DNA from: a virus
Taxonomy: Duplodnaviria > Caudoviricetes
IMG/VR virus record: IMGVR_UViG_3300020045_008445
Coordinates: 1-54,665 of that record
Reading direction: 5' to 3' (one strand)
DNA length: 54,665 nucleotides
Positions within the stretch are counted from its first letter, which is position 1, and each line of letters starts with the position of its first letter. A program made the translations under genes and the position numbers. Shown here piece by piece: positions 19,135 through 28,391 of this stretch. The notes under the pieces were generated by a model that was not told the DNA's origin, did no database searches, and worked only from the letters and a program-made list of their open reading frames with translations.

Positions 19135-20550
19135 TTATACAGATGCAGCCGGTATCGGCGCTTTATTATCAACCTCAATTTGGCTGTTTATTGCCTGAAG
19201 CTCTTTTTTATTGTCATCTGTAAGGTCAAGAGTGTTAACGGCGGTTTCACGGCTTATTAAATTACCCTGTGCCGCTTGCGTTAACCATGTAACTGTTTCG
19301 GTAAGGTCGTTAGGCAGGATGCTGTTAAACTGAATGGCAAACAACAGGTCTTTAGACTGGCCAGCCATGGCAACGTTTGTCTTGTTGATGGTTCCGGAGA
19401 TCATCACGTTAAGGCATCGCTGTATAAAAGTCCTATTATCCCCTTCGTTCATCTTTGCTTTCAGTATGGCATCTAAGAACATGAGCTTTAAAGCTACTCC
19501 GGATACATTGCCAAGGCCTTTAAGATTGTCAAATGAAAGGTTTGGAGTAGATGACAGCGCATATATAAAGGCTTCTAGCTTATCAAGCTCAAGTTTAGAA
19601 CTTTCCGGGGCATTAGGATTAGTAAGGTAATCTGCATCGCCATGATTAAATTTACCCTGCTGCTCTACACTTTCTTTCATTGGGAAGTTCATAACCTTGC
19701 CGTCATCATCTTTATTCATGCTACCCAGCACTTCGCCATACAGCTTTAATATAGGATGTGCGGTACGGTCATTACTACCGGCAAGCTTCGACATCGCCGT
19801 CTCTAAACGGTCAATCATGCTTTGTACCTCAAACCATTCAGGGTAATCCTGGTCATCATAAACGATGGGGATGATAGCAAATCCGTGCGGTACTATATCT
19901 GGAACCCCGCCATTCTGTATTTTGTAGATGTTCTTTTTATCAAATACCCACGAATGATTAATAGTTTTGTCTAAAGTAGTTTCGCTAAACTCCCACATGA
20001 AAGCTTGCATATCGCCGAAGCTGTCAAAGTATGGATAGTACCGGCCATTCTCCTGGTCCAGAATACGGGATTTTATTTCCTTATTTTTATTGATGCCAAG
20101 AAGCTTGCCGATTAAACCTTCCGGCTTAAGGTCATCAATGTAAAACATAATGGCGCATTCGGTTTCGCTTTTCTTTGTCCTGATAAGACCCTGCAGCTTA
20201 CTATCCATTCTGTTTGTCTCCCAAAGCCTCAATATCTCATCGCTAAGACCTGATTGTTTGTTTGGTGTAATAGTTACCGCCTCTCCTACTTCAAAGGCTG
20301 TGGCAATACCTACTACACGGTTTTGAAAGGGAATTGTAATACGTGCAGCATGCACTAAGCGCTTTTCACCTTCCGGCCCGATAATCTTATCCTTTTGGGT
20401 TTTGCCGATTTGGGTTTGGCGTATGTTACGGTTCAACTCTTTAAACTCCTTCCGGAGCTTATCGATCTCGTACTTATCCTTTGCCCCGGTCTTAAAAACT
20501 GATATTGCCTTTTTGGGGTCTGATGCTATTAATGCCTGTATTTCATCCAT
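19135..20550 (-). CDS. Portal protein, SPP1 gp6-like
   Basis: 471 aa after TerL; TPNLSFDNLKGLGNVSGVALKLMF motif. Confidence 0.9.
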   Translation of the reverse strand: MDEIQALIASDPKKAISVFKTGAKDKYEIDKLRKEFKELNRNIRQTQIGKTQKDKIIGPEGEKRLVHAARITIPFQNRVVGIATAFEVGEAVTITPNKQSGLSDEILRLWETNRMDSKLQGLIRTKKSETECAIMFYIDDLKPEGLIGKLLGINKNKEIKSRILDQENGRYYPYFDSFGDMQAFMWEFSETTLDKTINHSWVFDKKNIYKIQNGGVPDIVPHGFAIIPIVYDDQDYPEWFEVQSMIDRLETAMSKLAGSNDRTAHPILKLYGEVLGSMNKDDDGKVMNFPMKESVEQQGKFNHGDADYLTNPNAPESSKLELDKLEAFIYALSSTPNLSFDNLKGLGNVSGVALKLMFLDAILKAKMNEGDNRTFIQRCLNVMISGTINKTNVAMAGQSKDLLFAIQFNSILPNDLTETVTWLTQAAQGNLISRETAVNTLDLTDDNKKELQAINSQIEVDNKAPIPAASV

Positions 20551-20572
20551 GGTCTATAATGGTATTTATATC

Positions 20573-21997
20573 TTAAAAATCTATTCCTAATTCAGATAAT
20601 GATTTGCTTGTAGTATGAGTGTGAGCCGGGTTATTATATGCTATGTGGCCATACCTTGCGGCATCCCACATGTGGTTAAACTGATCTAACGGCTCATTGA
20701 TGGGCGTGCCGTTTATCTCCCGTATACGGTAGTTTTCAGCTTCTACTTTAGCGTGCTTGTAAAGATGGTTCCGTACAATATGAATGCGCTTTGTCTTCAT
20801 GCTGTTAAGCCAAAACATAACAGTTTTGGTCTTAGATATTTTAAAGGCATTGAAATAACCCAGTTTTCGCAGGCCGGTAACCATTTCAACGGTACCCTGC
20901 TGGCCGGTGTACTTATCGGCACTATCACAAGGCAAAGGCAATTTCTTATCAATACCAATCGTATCAAAGTATGAGGCCAACGCATCCGGCGTTTCAATAG
21001 GTTCGTAGCTTAACAGTTCTATGTAAATATTGGTAGTGTCTTCAGCATACTTTACCAGGGCGTTGGGATCTGTTGTAAACCCGAAGTCATTGGCGTGTAT
21101 GTGGGATATATGAGAAGGAAACTCATCTATCCAGTTAATAAGCGGGAATATAACCCCACGCATAGATCCGCGTAAACCAAGGCCGTAAACCTTCCACATA
21201 AATTCATCAGCGGTGCCGTTGTCTATGTTGTTTGGGTGCGGCGGTGGGTAGTTATCTTTCCCCACTTCTTTGCCGCGGTACATAATCAGGTTGTCAAGTA
21301 CCTGATAGCTACCCGGTAACCAAGGTTCATAACTCAATATCTTATTGCGCTCCTGTATTGACAGTTTTGGATTATCTAAGAAGGTTGTACGCAGGAACCC
21401 TATATCTGGCCGTGTAAGTATTGAATTGAAAATAAAGTGTTCGGTTACCGATGGGTTATAGTCAAACCACCAGAACTTTTTACATCGCATTTCTGCCTGG
21501 TCGAATACTGCTTTGATTATACCTAAAGGCTCGTTAAGCCAAAGGTAATCACATTGCGCACCGTGGAATTTGTTAGCCTTATCCGCTCCAATGAAGTTGA
21601 TTTTATTTTTGCCTATGCGAAATGATTTAACCTCCTGGTTATCGAATGGGTGCGGTAACCCGAAGTATTCCATGCGCTGCTTAAAATCGTTGTACAGCGT
21701 AGTTTTAAATTCATTGTAGGTTTCCTTAACAATATTTATAACGCAATTTGTTTCAATATGCAGGCAGATGTAAATGATGATGTCAACACTACTCCAGGTC
21801 TTACCGCTACGGCTGGAACCTTCTAAGCCAGCCCCGCGCTTACCATCCAACAACTCCCCTTCTGCGCTATATTTCTGTGAAGTGATATAGTTTTGCAGCA
21901 AGGCGAAGTTTCTGTTTGTTTCATCATCAATAACAGCTAAACCCTCAATCTTTAGGAGGGTTTCAAGTTCTATTATTTCCGCATCGGTTAGGGGCAT
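20573..21997 (-). CDS. terL: Terminase large subunit (PBSX-like)
   Basis: Walker A EGSSRSGKT, LWLNE, DYNP, DFGFTTDP, NHMWDAARY. Confidence 0.93.
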   Translation of the reverse strand: MPLTDAEIIELETLLKIEGLAVIDDETNRNFALLQNYITSQKYSAEGELLDGKRGAGLEGSSRSGKTWSSVDIIIYICLHIETNCVINIVKETYNEFKTTLYNDFKQRMEYFGLPHPFDNQEVKSFRIGKNKINFIGADKANKFHGAQCDYLWLNEPLGIIKAVFDQAEMRCKKFWWFDYNPSVTEHFIFNSILTRPDIGFLRTTFLDNPKLSIQERNKILSYEPWLPGSYQVLDNLIMYRGKEVGKDNYPPPHPNNIDNGTADEFMWKVYGLGLRGSMRGVIFPLINWIDEFPSHISHIHANDFGFTTDPNALVKYAEDTTNIYIELLSYEPIETPDALASYFDTIGIDKKLPLPCDSADKYTGQQGTVEMVTGLRKLGYFNAFKISKTKTVMFWLNSMKTKRIHIVRNHLYKHAKVEAENYRIREINGTPINEPLDQFNHMWDAARYGHIAYNNPAHTHTTSKSLSELGIDF

Positions 21998-22005
21998 GGA
22001 ATATA

Positions 22006-22155
22006 TTATTTAATATGATGTGCGCTGTTCCATGCCTTAGATAAGTCTGAATTTTTCTTGCATTCTGAAAGTATTTTTTCAAGAAGATGATTTGTTTTTT
22101 TCCTTTCTTCTAAAGCTTCAGTAATTCCCAGTATATTTTTAAAATATTTTATCAT
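22006..22155 (-). CDS. Small hypothetical protein (49 aa) between terS and terL
   Basis: TGATG coupling to terS. Confidence 0.45.
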   Translation of the reverse strand: MIKYFKNILGITEALEERKKTNHLLEKILSECKKNSDLSKAWNSAHHIK

Positions 22156-22703
22156 CACATCTTATTTTTAAGTTCTGCAAGCCTTTTTTCCCTGTCTGTA
22201 GGGTCTAAGAAGCTATTCTTTTGCATATTGTCTTTTTCGTAACCCCCAAGGTGCTTCATTAGTTTTTCATAAGCCGCCAGCCTGTCTAATATTTTAATCT
22301 CTTTAGCGTAGCCTACGAACTCTTTATCCGAGCCTTTACCAGAGTATTCCTCAACGGTTTTTATCTGGGATATCATCGCCCGGGCATGCTTAGGAATGTC
22401 ATGGATACTCTTTAAATTACCCTTTTCATCATAGAGGTCTGCTATGTCAAAGCGTATCATTTTCGACATGCCTATGATAAGTTCATCTAAGGTCGCTTTG
22501 TTGCGTTCCTGCGCTTCAAGCCTGATTTGCTCAATTCTCGTTAAAATATCGTTGTTAGCGAATAGCTTGTAAGCGTTGTTGTTAACGGTAGCAGGCTTCA
22601 TGTTATCCACGCTGTAAACCTCCCTATAAGCCGCACTTTTATCACCAAGGCGAATGTACGCTTGGCAAAATGCTTCTTGTTTAGGGGTTAGTTTATTGCT
22701 CAT
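22155..22703 (-). CDS. terS: Terminase small subunit
   Basis: KLTPKQEAFCQAY...SAAYR N-terminus; DRLAAYEKLMKHLG. Confidence 0.9.
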   Translation of the reverse strand: MSNKLTPKQEAFCQAYIRLGDKSAAYREVYSVDNMKPATVNNNAYKLFANNDILTRIEQIRLEAQERNKATLDELIIGMSKMIRFDIADLYDEKGNLKSIHDIPKHARAMISQIKTVEEYSGKGSDKEFVGYAKEIKILDRLAAYEKLMKHLGGYEKDNMQKNSFLDPTDREKRLAELKNKM

Positions 22704-22708
22704 TGGGT

Positions 22709-22963
22709 TTAATTATATTCCGGGTCAATTTCCCCGCGTTCTACAAGGTCTTTGTATTCGGCTTCCCATAAAGGCGAAAGCTCATCATAGCATTGTTGGC
22801 AAAACCAGTTGCTATCATCATAGTTTACCATTGTTTCGATATCGAAGTTATATCCACATCCTAAGCATTCCTGTCGGTCATCATCAATATTTGCAGTAAG
22901 CAATGATGCGATGTACGCTACAAATGCTATTAAAAGCGCTAAGCCAATTATTGTTATCACCAT
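22709..22963 (-). CDS. Small membrane protein with Zn-ribbon
   Basis: TM helix followed by CLGC...CQQC. Confidence 0.6.
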   Translation of the reverse strand: MVITIIGLALLIAFVAYIASLLTANIDDDRQECLGCGYNFDIETMVNYDDSNWFCQQCYDELSPLWEAEYKDLVERGEIDPEYN

Positions 22964-22993
22964 GGGTTATTAGTTTTATCGTTATTAGTTTTG

Positions 22994-23065
22994 TGGACTT
23001 TCCAGGAATCGAACCGGGGCGGGCAGATCTTCAATCTGCTGCTCTACCTACTGAGCTAAAAGTCC
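22994..23065 (-). tRNA. trnF: tRNA-Phe(GAA)
   Basis: GGACTTT/AAAGTCC acceptor, TAGCTCAGTAGGTAGAGC D-arm, GCAGA-TTGAAGA-TCTGC anticodon arm, GGTTCGATTCC T-loop; one T-stem mismatch; no encoded CCA. Confidence 0.88.
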
Positions 23066-23095
23066 GTTTGGAAGTTTAACGCACTTCCAGGCGGG

Positions 23096-23287
23096 AAAAC
23101 CCTCACATGTGTTTTTAAAAAGCAGAAGTAGAAAACTACATGAAAAAAACCTTTTGCCTCAACGGTTATACCGATCACATTCCTCTATAAGCCCAGTCCT
23201 TTAATCACTAATAGCACGCATGATATTTACGAGGTGGTCAAACCCCGAAAGGTTACGTGTGCTGGCTTTGCCCAGCATGAGGGTTTT
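23096..23287 (-). ncRNA. Candidate structured ncRNA upstream of tRNA-Phe
   Basis: 10-bp closing stem AAAACCCTCA/TGAGGGTTTT, internal hairpins including a UUCG loop; no substantial ORF. Confidence 0.4.
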
Positions 23288-23294
23288 GAATATT

Positions 23295-23798
23295 TTATAT
23301 CTGGCGTTCAATGCTGCCATATTTTTCAAAGTATGGTTTGCTTTCGTCTACAGGCTTAATCAGAAACAGTACGTTGTTTGAATCTGCTGTAACTGATTTG
23401 TAACCTTCTGCTTTTAACTTTTGAAGCGATTCAATAACATCGTCTATGTCTTTATTTTTTATTTCTTCCGAGCTTATGCATTCTGTATTGCGTAACCTTT
23501 CAAAAATTTGCCTGTCTATCTCAGCAGCAATAAAAGCCCCTGCCATTGCAAACCTTCTTAATACGGGTTCATCACAAAGCCTTTTCCACCATTCCAAATC
23601 CCAGTTAAGAGGGCAAAATTCTTTGTAGTTGCTGGTTAACCCATCCTCAGGATCATACGCAGAAATCATGTGCGCCGCATTTATTAATTGTCCTTCCGCG
23701 TACCATTCAGGATGGTTGGCATGGTGCGCCGCTGTGAAACCGTGTTTTGCTATTTGATTAACCTGCCTTTCTTTGGTAATTAATTCTATACCTGTCAT
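23295..23798 (-). CDS. Conserved phage hypothetical protein
   Basis: ERQ..QI..HGFT...WWK...AGAFIAAEIDR family pattern. Confidence 0.65.
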   Translation of the reverse strand: MTGIELITKERQVNQIAKHGFTAAHHANHPEWYAEGQLINAAHMISAYDPEDGLTSNYKEFCPLNWDLEWWKRLCDEPVLRRFAMAGAFIAAEIDRQIFERLRNTECISSEEIKNKDIDDVIESLQKLKAEGYKSVTADSNNVLFLIKPVDESKPYFEKYGSIERQI

Positions 23799-23800
23799 GT

Positions 23801-23950
23801 TTACCACTTTCTTTTACGGTTAGACTGCATTGTTGTTTTACGCTCCAGTTCCCGGCGTTGGGCGCGTGATAGCTTACCAGTAGAATCGTAACGCTCTTTA
23901 TCTGAAATGTCAGTTACGTGATTATGAGAATCTAAAATTTCTGGGTTCAT
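23801..23950 (-). CDS. Small basic protein (49 aa)
   Basis: MNPEILDSH...SRAQRRELERK; fills operon gap. Confidence 0.5.
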   Translation of the reverse strand: MNPEILDSHNHVTDISDKERYDSTGKLSRAQRRELERKTTMQSNRKRKW

Positions 23951-23954
23951 ATAT

Positions 23955-24158
23955 TTATACTTTATTCACAGGCTTTAATACCTGTAGTTCTACTTTAAGA
24001 CCTTTGGTTATTATCATACGGTCGCGTGCTTTGGCTGCATCTATCTCGGTAAGGTGAGAACCGCAATTGTATGTTATGCCGGCGCTTCTAACGATGGCAA
24101 GATATGTGCGGTTAAACGGGGTGCCTTTAGCCGATACGCCTCTGTAAGTTTTAGCCAT
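23955..24158 (-). CDS. Stand-alone AP2-like DNA-binding protein
   Basis: YRGVS...YLAIV...GSHLTEIDAAKARD matches the AP2 pattern. Confidence 0.6.
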   Translation of the reverse strand: MAKTYRGVSAKGTPFNRTYLAIVRSAGITYNCGSHLTEIDAAKARDRMIITKGLKVELQVLKPVNKV

Positions 24159-24294
24159 GGCGTACTGATTTATCTTTTATAATAAGCTCAATGCTATTAT
24201 CTTCCAAGGCATCCATAAGCGCACAGCCAATCAATTCATGATTTACAGTCTCTTTACCTTCAACAAACACACGGCCATCTTTAACCTCTATCAT
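24151..24294 (-). CDS. Small hypothetical protein (47 aa)
   Basis: MIEVKDGRVFVEGKET...; overlaps next start. Confidence 0.5.
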   Translation of the reverse strand: MIEVKDGRVFVEGKETVNHELIGCALMDALEDNSIELIIKDKSVRHG

Positions 24295-24326
24295 ATAATT
24301 GCTGTTTTACTTACACACATGCTTTT

Positions 24327-24359
24327 AAAAAAAGCCCCCGGCGCACTACCACCGGAGGC
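24327..24359 (-). terminator. Intrinsic terminator
   Basis: gcctccgg...ccgggggc plus T7. Confidence 0.65.
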
Positions 24360-24396
24360 AAACCAATAACCAACTCAATAATAATATTTTCAATGC

Positions 24397-24780
24397 TTAT
24401 CGCATATAATCGTCAATGAGTAATTTAATGCTGTCAAACTCCCATGCAAAGCAGGCTTTATAGCTTTTAGCAGATAAAACCTTTAAGGCTTCCTGCTGCA
24501 ATTTTAAATGGTCGTTCTGACTGGCCTTAATTTCGCCGTTTTTCTTAAATGGAGTTTCAATCTTCAATTCAATGAATAATCCGGAAAAGCCTTTGCGCGG
24601 TTCCAGGATTAAAAGGTCAGGGCATTTAAAACCTGCCTTCTGAATTGATTTATTACGAGCCTGTTGAGTTTTCGTAAGCTTTAATGATGCCACAGTATCG
24701 GATAAGTACAATACCTTAGGGAATTGCAAATCCAAATACTGGCATACGGCTTTTTGAAGCTCATATTCAGGATGTCTCAT
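24397..24780 (-). CDS. VRR-NUC / Holliday-junction resolvase-like nuclease
   Basis: E..LQ...G.PDLLI...GLFIELK PD-(D/E)xK motif. Confidence 0.75.
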   Translation of the reverse strand: MRHPEYELQKAVCQYLDLQFPKVLYLSDTVASLKLTKTQQARNKSIQKAGFKCPDLLILEPRKGFSGLFIELKIETPFKKNGEIKASQNDHLKLQQEALKVLSAKSYKACFAWEFDSIKLLIDDYMR

Positions 24781-25086
24781 TTAAAAATAACGGTAAAGCA
24801 AATATGTATGCCTAAACAGTAGAAACCCGTCAGGACTTTGAAAAATGGTCGTAAACCAAGTAGCGGCTTAACTGACACAAATATAGTAAAATAGTGTTAA
24901 ATATCAGCGTTTTTAGGTGATATTTTTTAATCATATTTCTGTTTGGCTATGGCAATTAATCCTGCGATAGCAAACCATAGAAAAATGAATGTTGCAGGGT
25001 TTTCCTGTAGTAATATTATAAAATCTTTCATGGTGTTATTTTAATAAATGTGTTTTAAATTGCTTTTTTAAATAATCTTTAAATTT

Positions 25087-25425
25087 ATGATAAAACCGCC
25101 CCCGCATACCGGATACTTAATATCTGCTGTATTTATTCCTTTGCAAGATGTTACACACTATATGGTGCATAAGCATTTAAATCCGGGCATGTCCATAGCT
25201 GTAAAAATATCAAAGGCAGAAGTGATTGACCTGGTCGAAAATTCAGGCTTACCTGTTTGCATTTTAGAATGGAACTATGAAGCAGGTCGTTTTTTTATTG
25301 GTAAGCAAGTTAAATGCAATATGGACTACAACGGCAAAAAATACCTATGGATTAATGCTAAGGATCCTAAAACAAAAGACCTTAAGCACCTGATTAAAAT
25401 GGATTGGTTTAATACACAGGTTTAG
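25087..25425 (+). CDS. DUF3892-like protein (moron)
   Basis: YLISAV...THY..H...SKAEVI...WNY...G..V...GKKYL...L.HL pattern; opposite strand. Confidence 0.55.
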   Translation: MIKPPPHTGYLISAVFIPLQDVTHYMVHKHLNPGMSIAVKISKAEVIDLVENSGLPVCILEWNYEAGRFFIGKQVKCNMDYNGKKYLWINAKDPKTKDLKHLIKMDWFNTQV

Positions 25426-25831
25426 GGTATTCAACAACAGGGCGGTAGTGAGTACATCCAGTATCAAAATAATATTCTACTGATTGAAAATCTACTTTAG
25501 AATTAACTTCAAAGAAAATTCCGCTTTTTGTCATCTTACCAACAACATACACACCCTCAACAGGCAAATTACTGCCATCCTGCTCTATACGCATCCATCC
25601 GTTATTATCATCGATGCCTGCAAGGGATTTAGGGCGGCTACCAGATGTTTTACGCTCGCTTTTTATTCTTGGAGTTACACCAATAAATTGCCAAGCATCG
25701 AATAGTTCGTCAGATATTAAATCAGTGTCTCCTACAAATACACCTTCGCAGTTAATAAATTCTTTTAAGGCTTCGTAGTACTCCCCATACGCCTCCTGTA
25801 TGGCTTGCTGTTTTAGTTGTTCGTTTGTCAT
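25409..25831 (-). CDS. Phage hypothetical protein
   Basis: RPKSL.GI..NNGW..I...THYRP motif. Confidence 0.65.
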   Translation of the reverse strand: MTNEQLKQQAIQEAYGEYYEALKEFINCEGVFVGDTDLISDELFDAWQFIGVTPRIKSERKTSGSRPKSLAGIDDNNGWMRIEQDGSNLPVEGVYVVGKMTKSGIFFEVNSKVDFQSVEYYFDTGCTHYRPVVEYPKPVY

Positions 25832-26028
25832 GGCACTATAGTATATTGATCGGAACTTAATTTTACATCAAGAAACGATTCTGTTTTTTTAATACATTCT
25901 TCTGGCGTATTGCCTGCTATTGTTGTTTCAGTTTTCATAGGTTCAGTAATTAAAAACTCTGCAACATATTTTCGTTTTCTAACTATGGGCTTAATTGTTA
26001 TATGCCCAAATTTTATTTCTTTGCTCAT
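25828..26028 (-). CDS. Hypothetical protein
   Basis: ATGA-coupled in operon. Confidence 0.55.
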   Translation of the reverse strand: MSKEIKFGHITIKPIVRKRKYVAEFLITEPMKTETTIAGNTPEECIKKTESFLDVKLSSDQYTIVP

Positions 26029-26387
26029 TGTTTAAATGTTTGGGTGTAGTATTGTTCGGCTTCCTCGTTGGGCTCTGCGCCATCATCCACCTTTTTGAAT
26101 TCGGCTTCTGTTTTGCTCCAGTCGTGCTGCGGGGCAATATCTTTTATCATCGAGAAGATGTTTCGTTGCCCCTCGTGATAGCCCTCAATTATATCCTGCT
26201 TTTCGATTTCAAGAAAATCACAGGCGGTCTTCCAGGCATCCCTGGAACTGTACATTTTTCCCTTTGCTTTTTCAAGCTGTCGCAGGTTAGTATTTTCTTG
26301 TTGCTGTAGATTTTCGTAAATGGCCTTGTCTTGCTCAAAGCGTTCCCCAAGCCTTTCGATAAGCTGCTGTAATGCGGTTTGTTTCAT
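26025..26387 (-). CDS. Phage hypothetical protein
   Basis: KQTA...EKQDIIEGY...AEQYY..TF motif. Confidence 0.65.
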   Translation of the reverse strand: MKQTALQQLIERLGERFEQDKAIYENLQQQENTNLRQLEKAKGKMYSSRDAWKTACDFLEIEKQDIIEGYHEGQRNIFSMIKDIAPQHDWSKTEAEFKKVDDGAEPNEEAEQYYTQTFKQ

Positions 26388-26389
26388 AA

Positions 26390-26656
26390 TTAATTTTCAG
26401 GTATTAGGCAAGATCCTTTAAGAGCGTATTTTATGGCATCAGCCATTGTGTGCAGATCTTGCCATGTGTTTACTTCTAATTGACCGGATTTTGCCCTTAC
26501 ATCAATATCGTATCTCTTAAGATGTTTTTCTTTCGGCATACCGTGCCCGTGGTCAGTAGTTATACAAATACGACTGCCCTTGTATGTAGCGGTAAATTGT
26601 TTTTCTGTATTTTCTTCAATAAATTTATTGAATATGGTGCATCCTGCTATTTTCAT
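26390..26656 (-). CDS. Hypothetical protein
   Basis: ATGA-coupled in operon. Confidence 0.55.
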   Translation of the reverse strand: MKIAGCTIFNKFIEENTEKQFTATYKGSRICITTDHGHGMPKEKHLKRYDIDVRAKSGQLEVNTWQDLHTMADAIKYALKGSCLIPEN

Positions 26657-27075
26657 TTCTTAATATTTAAAGGTTGTTTTTTGAGGGCGCGGTAAAGGTT
26701 TTGTAGTTGGTGGACGTAATACCATTTTTTAAAAAAGTTGAATTGATTTTCTATTGTAACAAGTTCTACCTCAATAAAGTCCTGAACCAAGTAAACAACT
26801 ATATCGTCTAACTGAAAGTAGAATATTTCAATCACTATGGCTTTTGTAAACCATAACTTTTTCACAAACCCCAACTTGATTAACCAAACTTCGGTTATTG
26901 GTATGGGCTGCAGGTATTCTACATACTCGGTTAGCGGATGCTTATTTGGTTCACGCTTTTCTGAAATCTTGTTGTGGTATTCCCAATGGTCGATTTGCAG
27001 GACTTTGCCGCCTCGGTCGAGTACGTAGTTCCCGCGCATTAATTCGTCTGGTGTTATTTTATTAATGTTTTCCAT
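26653..27075 (-). CDS. Phage hypothetical protein
   Basis: ELMRGNYV...PIPITE.WL.KLGF...YVHQLQNLY motif. Confidence 0.7.
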   Translation of the reverse strand: MENINKITPDELMRGNYVLDRGGKVLQIDHWEYHNKISEKREPNKHPLTEYVEYLQPIPITEVWLIKLGFVKKLWFTKAIVIEIFYFQLDDIVVYLVQDFIEVELVTIENQFNFFKKWYYVHQLQNLYRALKKQPLNIKK

Positions 27076-27548
27076 TTTATAGGTTGTAGTTCTTTAGAGA
27101 GATACAGAGGGTGTTTAGGGCAATGTGTTTTTGATATATCTATGTAGTGTAATTTATTTAAAGAATGCGTTAACATTCTAAAAGCAGATTTCCTTTTCAT
27201 TAATTTATCTACTATGGGATAGTTACCCCATGCAGTAATTACTTTTTCTACATTTGTACATGCCTTACTTACATGATCTATGTTTGAAACTCCTATTGGA
27301 TCTTTACACTTTAGTAATTCTTTTGGATTGGTTGCCCTATAAGCAAATAGATTACAAACTATTAGTCCTCCATAACCCCAGCTTTTTGCAAAGCCTATAC
27401 AGCGCCTTATTGTAGGGTCATCATTATCCGCATCCGCTGTAGACGGATTAAGCATTATGAACAATATTTTAGGCATTGATTCATCCCAAGTTCGGGTTAA
27501 TTCATACCTATATTGCTTACATTCTGATATTATAGCCGTCTTTACCAT
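27054..27548 (-). CDS. DUF1643 family protein
   Basis: YRYEL.R.W...FIMLNPSTAD...DDPTIRRC...NLFAYRATNP...AWG...PKHPLY. Confidence 0.85.
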   Translation of the reverse strand: MVKTAIISECKQYRYELTRTWDESMPKILFIMLNPSTADADNDDPTIRRCIGFAKSWGYGGLIVCNLFAYRATNPKELLKCKDPIGVSNIDHVSKACTNVEKVITAWGNYPIVDKLMKRKSAFRMLTHSLNKLHYIDISKTHCPKHPLYLSKELQPIKWKTLIK

Positions 27549-27997
27549 ACTACACTAATTACCTGGTTATTTTCAATTGTTACTGACTCGGGGATGCTCA
27601 ACTCGCCCATTTGGTCAATATAACACATTATCCCTTTTAAACTGCTCAGATGGCTTGATGCGTATTTCATGGCTTCGACTAGCTGCTCCCTTGTAAACTC
27701 GTTAGGGTTGGCGTTGTAGCCTGCTGCATATCCCAGCGTGTAGTCTACCTTGTCAACGTTTAGCTTACATGTAGAATGGTTTGATGTAGCAAGTTGTAAC
27801 ACATCCACCGGCTTGACAAACTCCTTACGGTCGAGCTGCGGGATTCCATCTATTTGCTGAGTAGAATATACGAAGTGTCCATTTTCATTAATTATAAAGA
27901 TGCCTCCTTGATTTGATAGCTCAATGCTTTCTTTTGTGAATGTTTGTTTCATTTTAATTGTTTTATCGAGATTCTTCGATAATCTCGCAGTTTTCAT
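27542..27997 (-). CDS. Hypothetical protein
   Basis: 151 aa ORF in operon. Confidence 0.55.
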   Translation of the reverse strand: MKTARLSKNLDKTIKMKQTFTKESIELSNQGGIFIINENGHFVYSTQQIDGIPQLDRKEFVKPVDVLQLATSNHSTCKLNVDKVDYTLGYAAGYNANPNEFTREQLVEAMKYASSHLSSLKGIMCYIDQMGELSIPESVTIENNQVISVVW

Positions 27998-28263
27998 TCC
28001 TCAATTTTAAAGTGGTTATCAAATAGGTGTAGAGGGTTAGATTGGTTTTGAAAATAATCAACATCATATTCGGAAAAGCTGATGTCTTTAGGATTTTTAT
28101 CCCAATATATATAAGGCTTATCTATGTGTTTTATATTCTCTTCGTTATACCTCCACCACCGATATCCCATTTTAAAAAGTTCCCTTTGCAGTATTTCGCT
28201 CTGCTGTGGCGTTACCTCCATCTTACCTGAAGATTGGAGGGGAAGGATTAATTTAATTGTCAT
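27994..28263 (-). CDS. Hypothetical protein
   Basis: VTPQQSEILQ..LF..GY.W motif; ATG at 28263. Confidence 0.55.
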   Translation of the reverse strand: MTIKLILPLQSSGKMEVTPQQSEILQRELFKMGYRWWRYNEENIKHIDKPYIYWDKNPKDISFSEYDVDYFQNQSNPLHLFDNHFKIEE

Positions 28264-28384
28264 CGGCAAGGTCTTTTATTGTTGTAACTATAAACCCGTT
28301 ATCACAGCATGGTGCAAAATGCACGATTCCAATTTGTTTATGGCAAATACATTGGCAAGGTGTTTTAAATACTTGGTTTTCCAT
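28253..28384 (-). CDS. Tiny Cys/His-rich protein (43 aa)
   Basis: MENQVFKTPCQCICHKQIGIVHFAPCCDNG...; fills operon gap. Confidence 0.55.
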   Translation of the reverse strand: MENQVFKTPCQCICHKQIGIVHFAPCCDNGFIVTTIKDLADDN

Positions 28385-28391
28385 AACTATT

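Noticed and set aside
22994-23065. tRNA-Phe as attachment site
   Set aside because: Far from the integrase, no arm repeats; a better att candidate lies at 50645-50660
23230-23275. c-di-GMP-I riboswitch on the plus strand (GGTCAAACC..GAAA..ACG)
   Set aside because: Only superficial similarity; stems pair better on the minus strand and there is no downstream plus-strand gene
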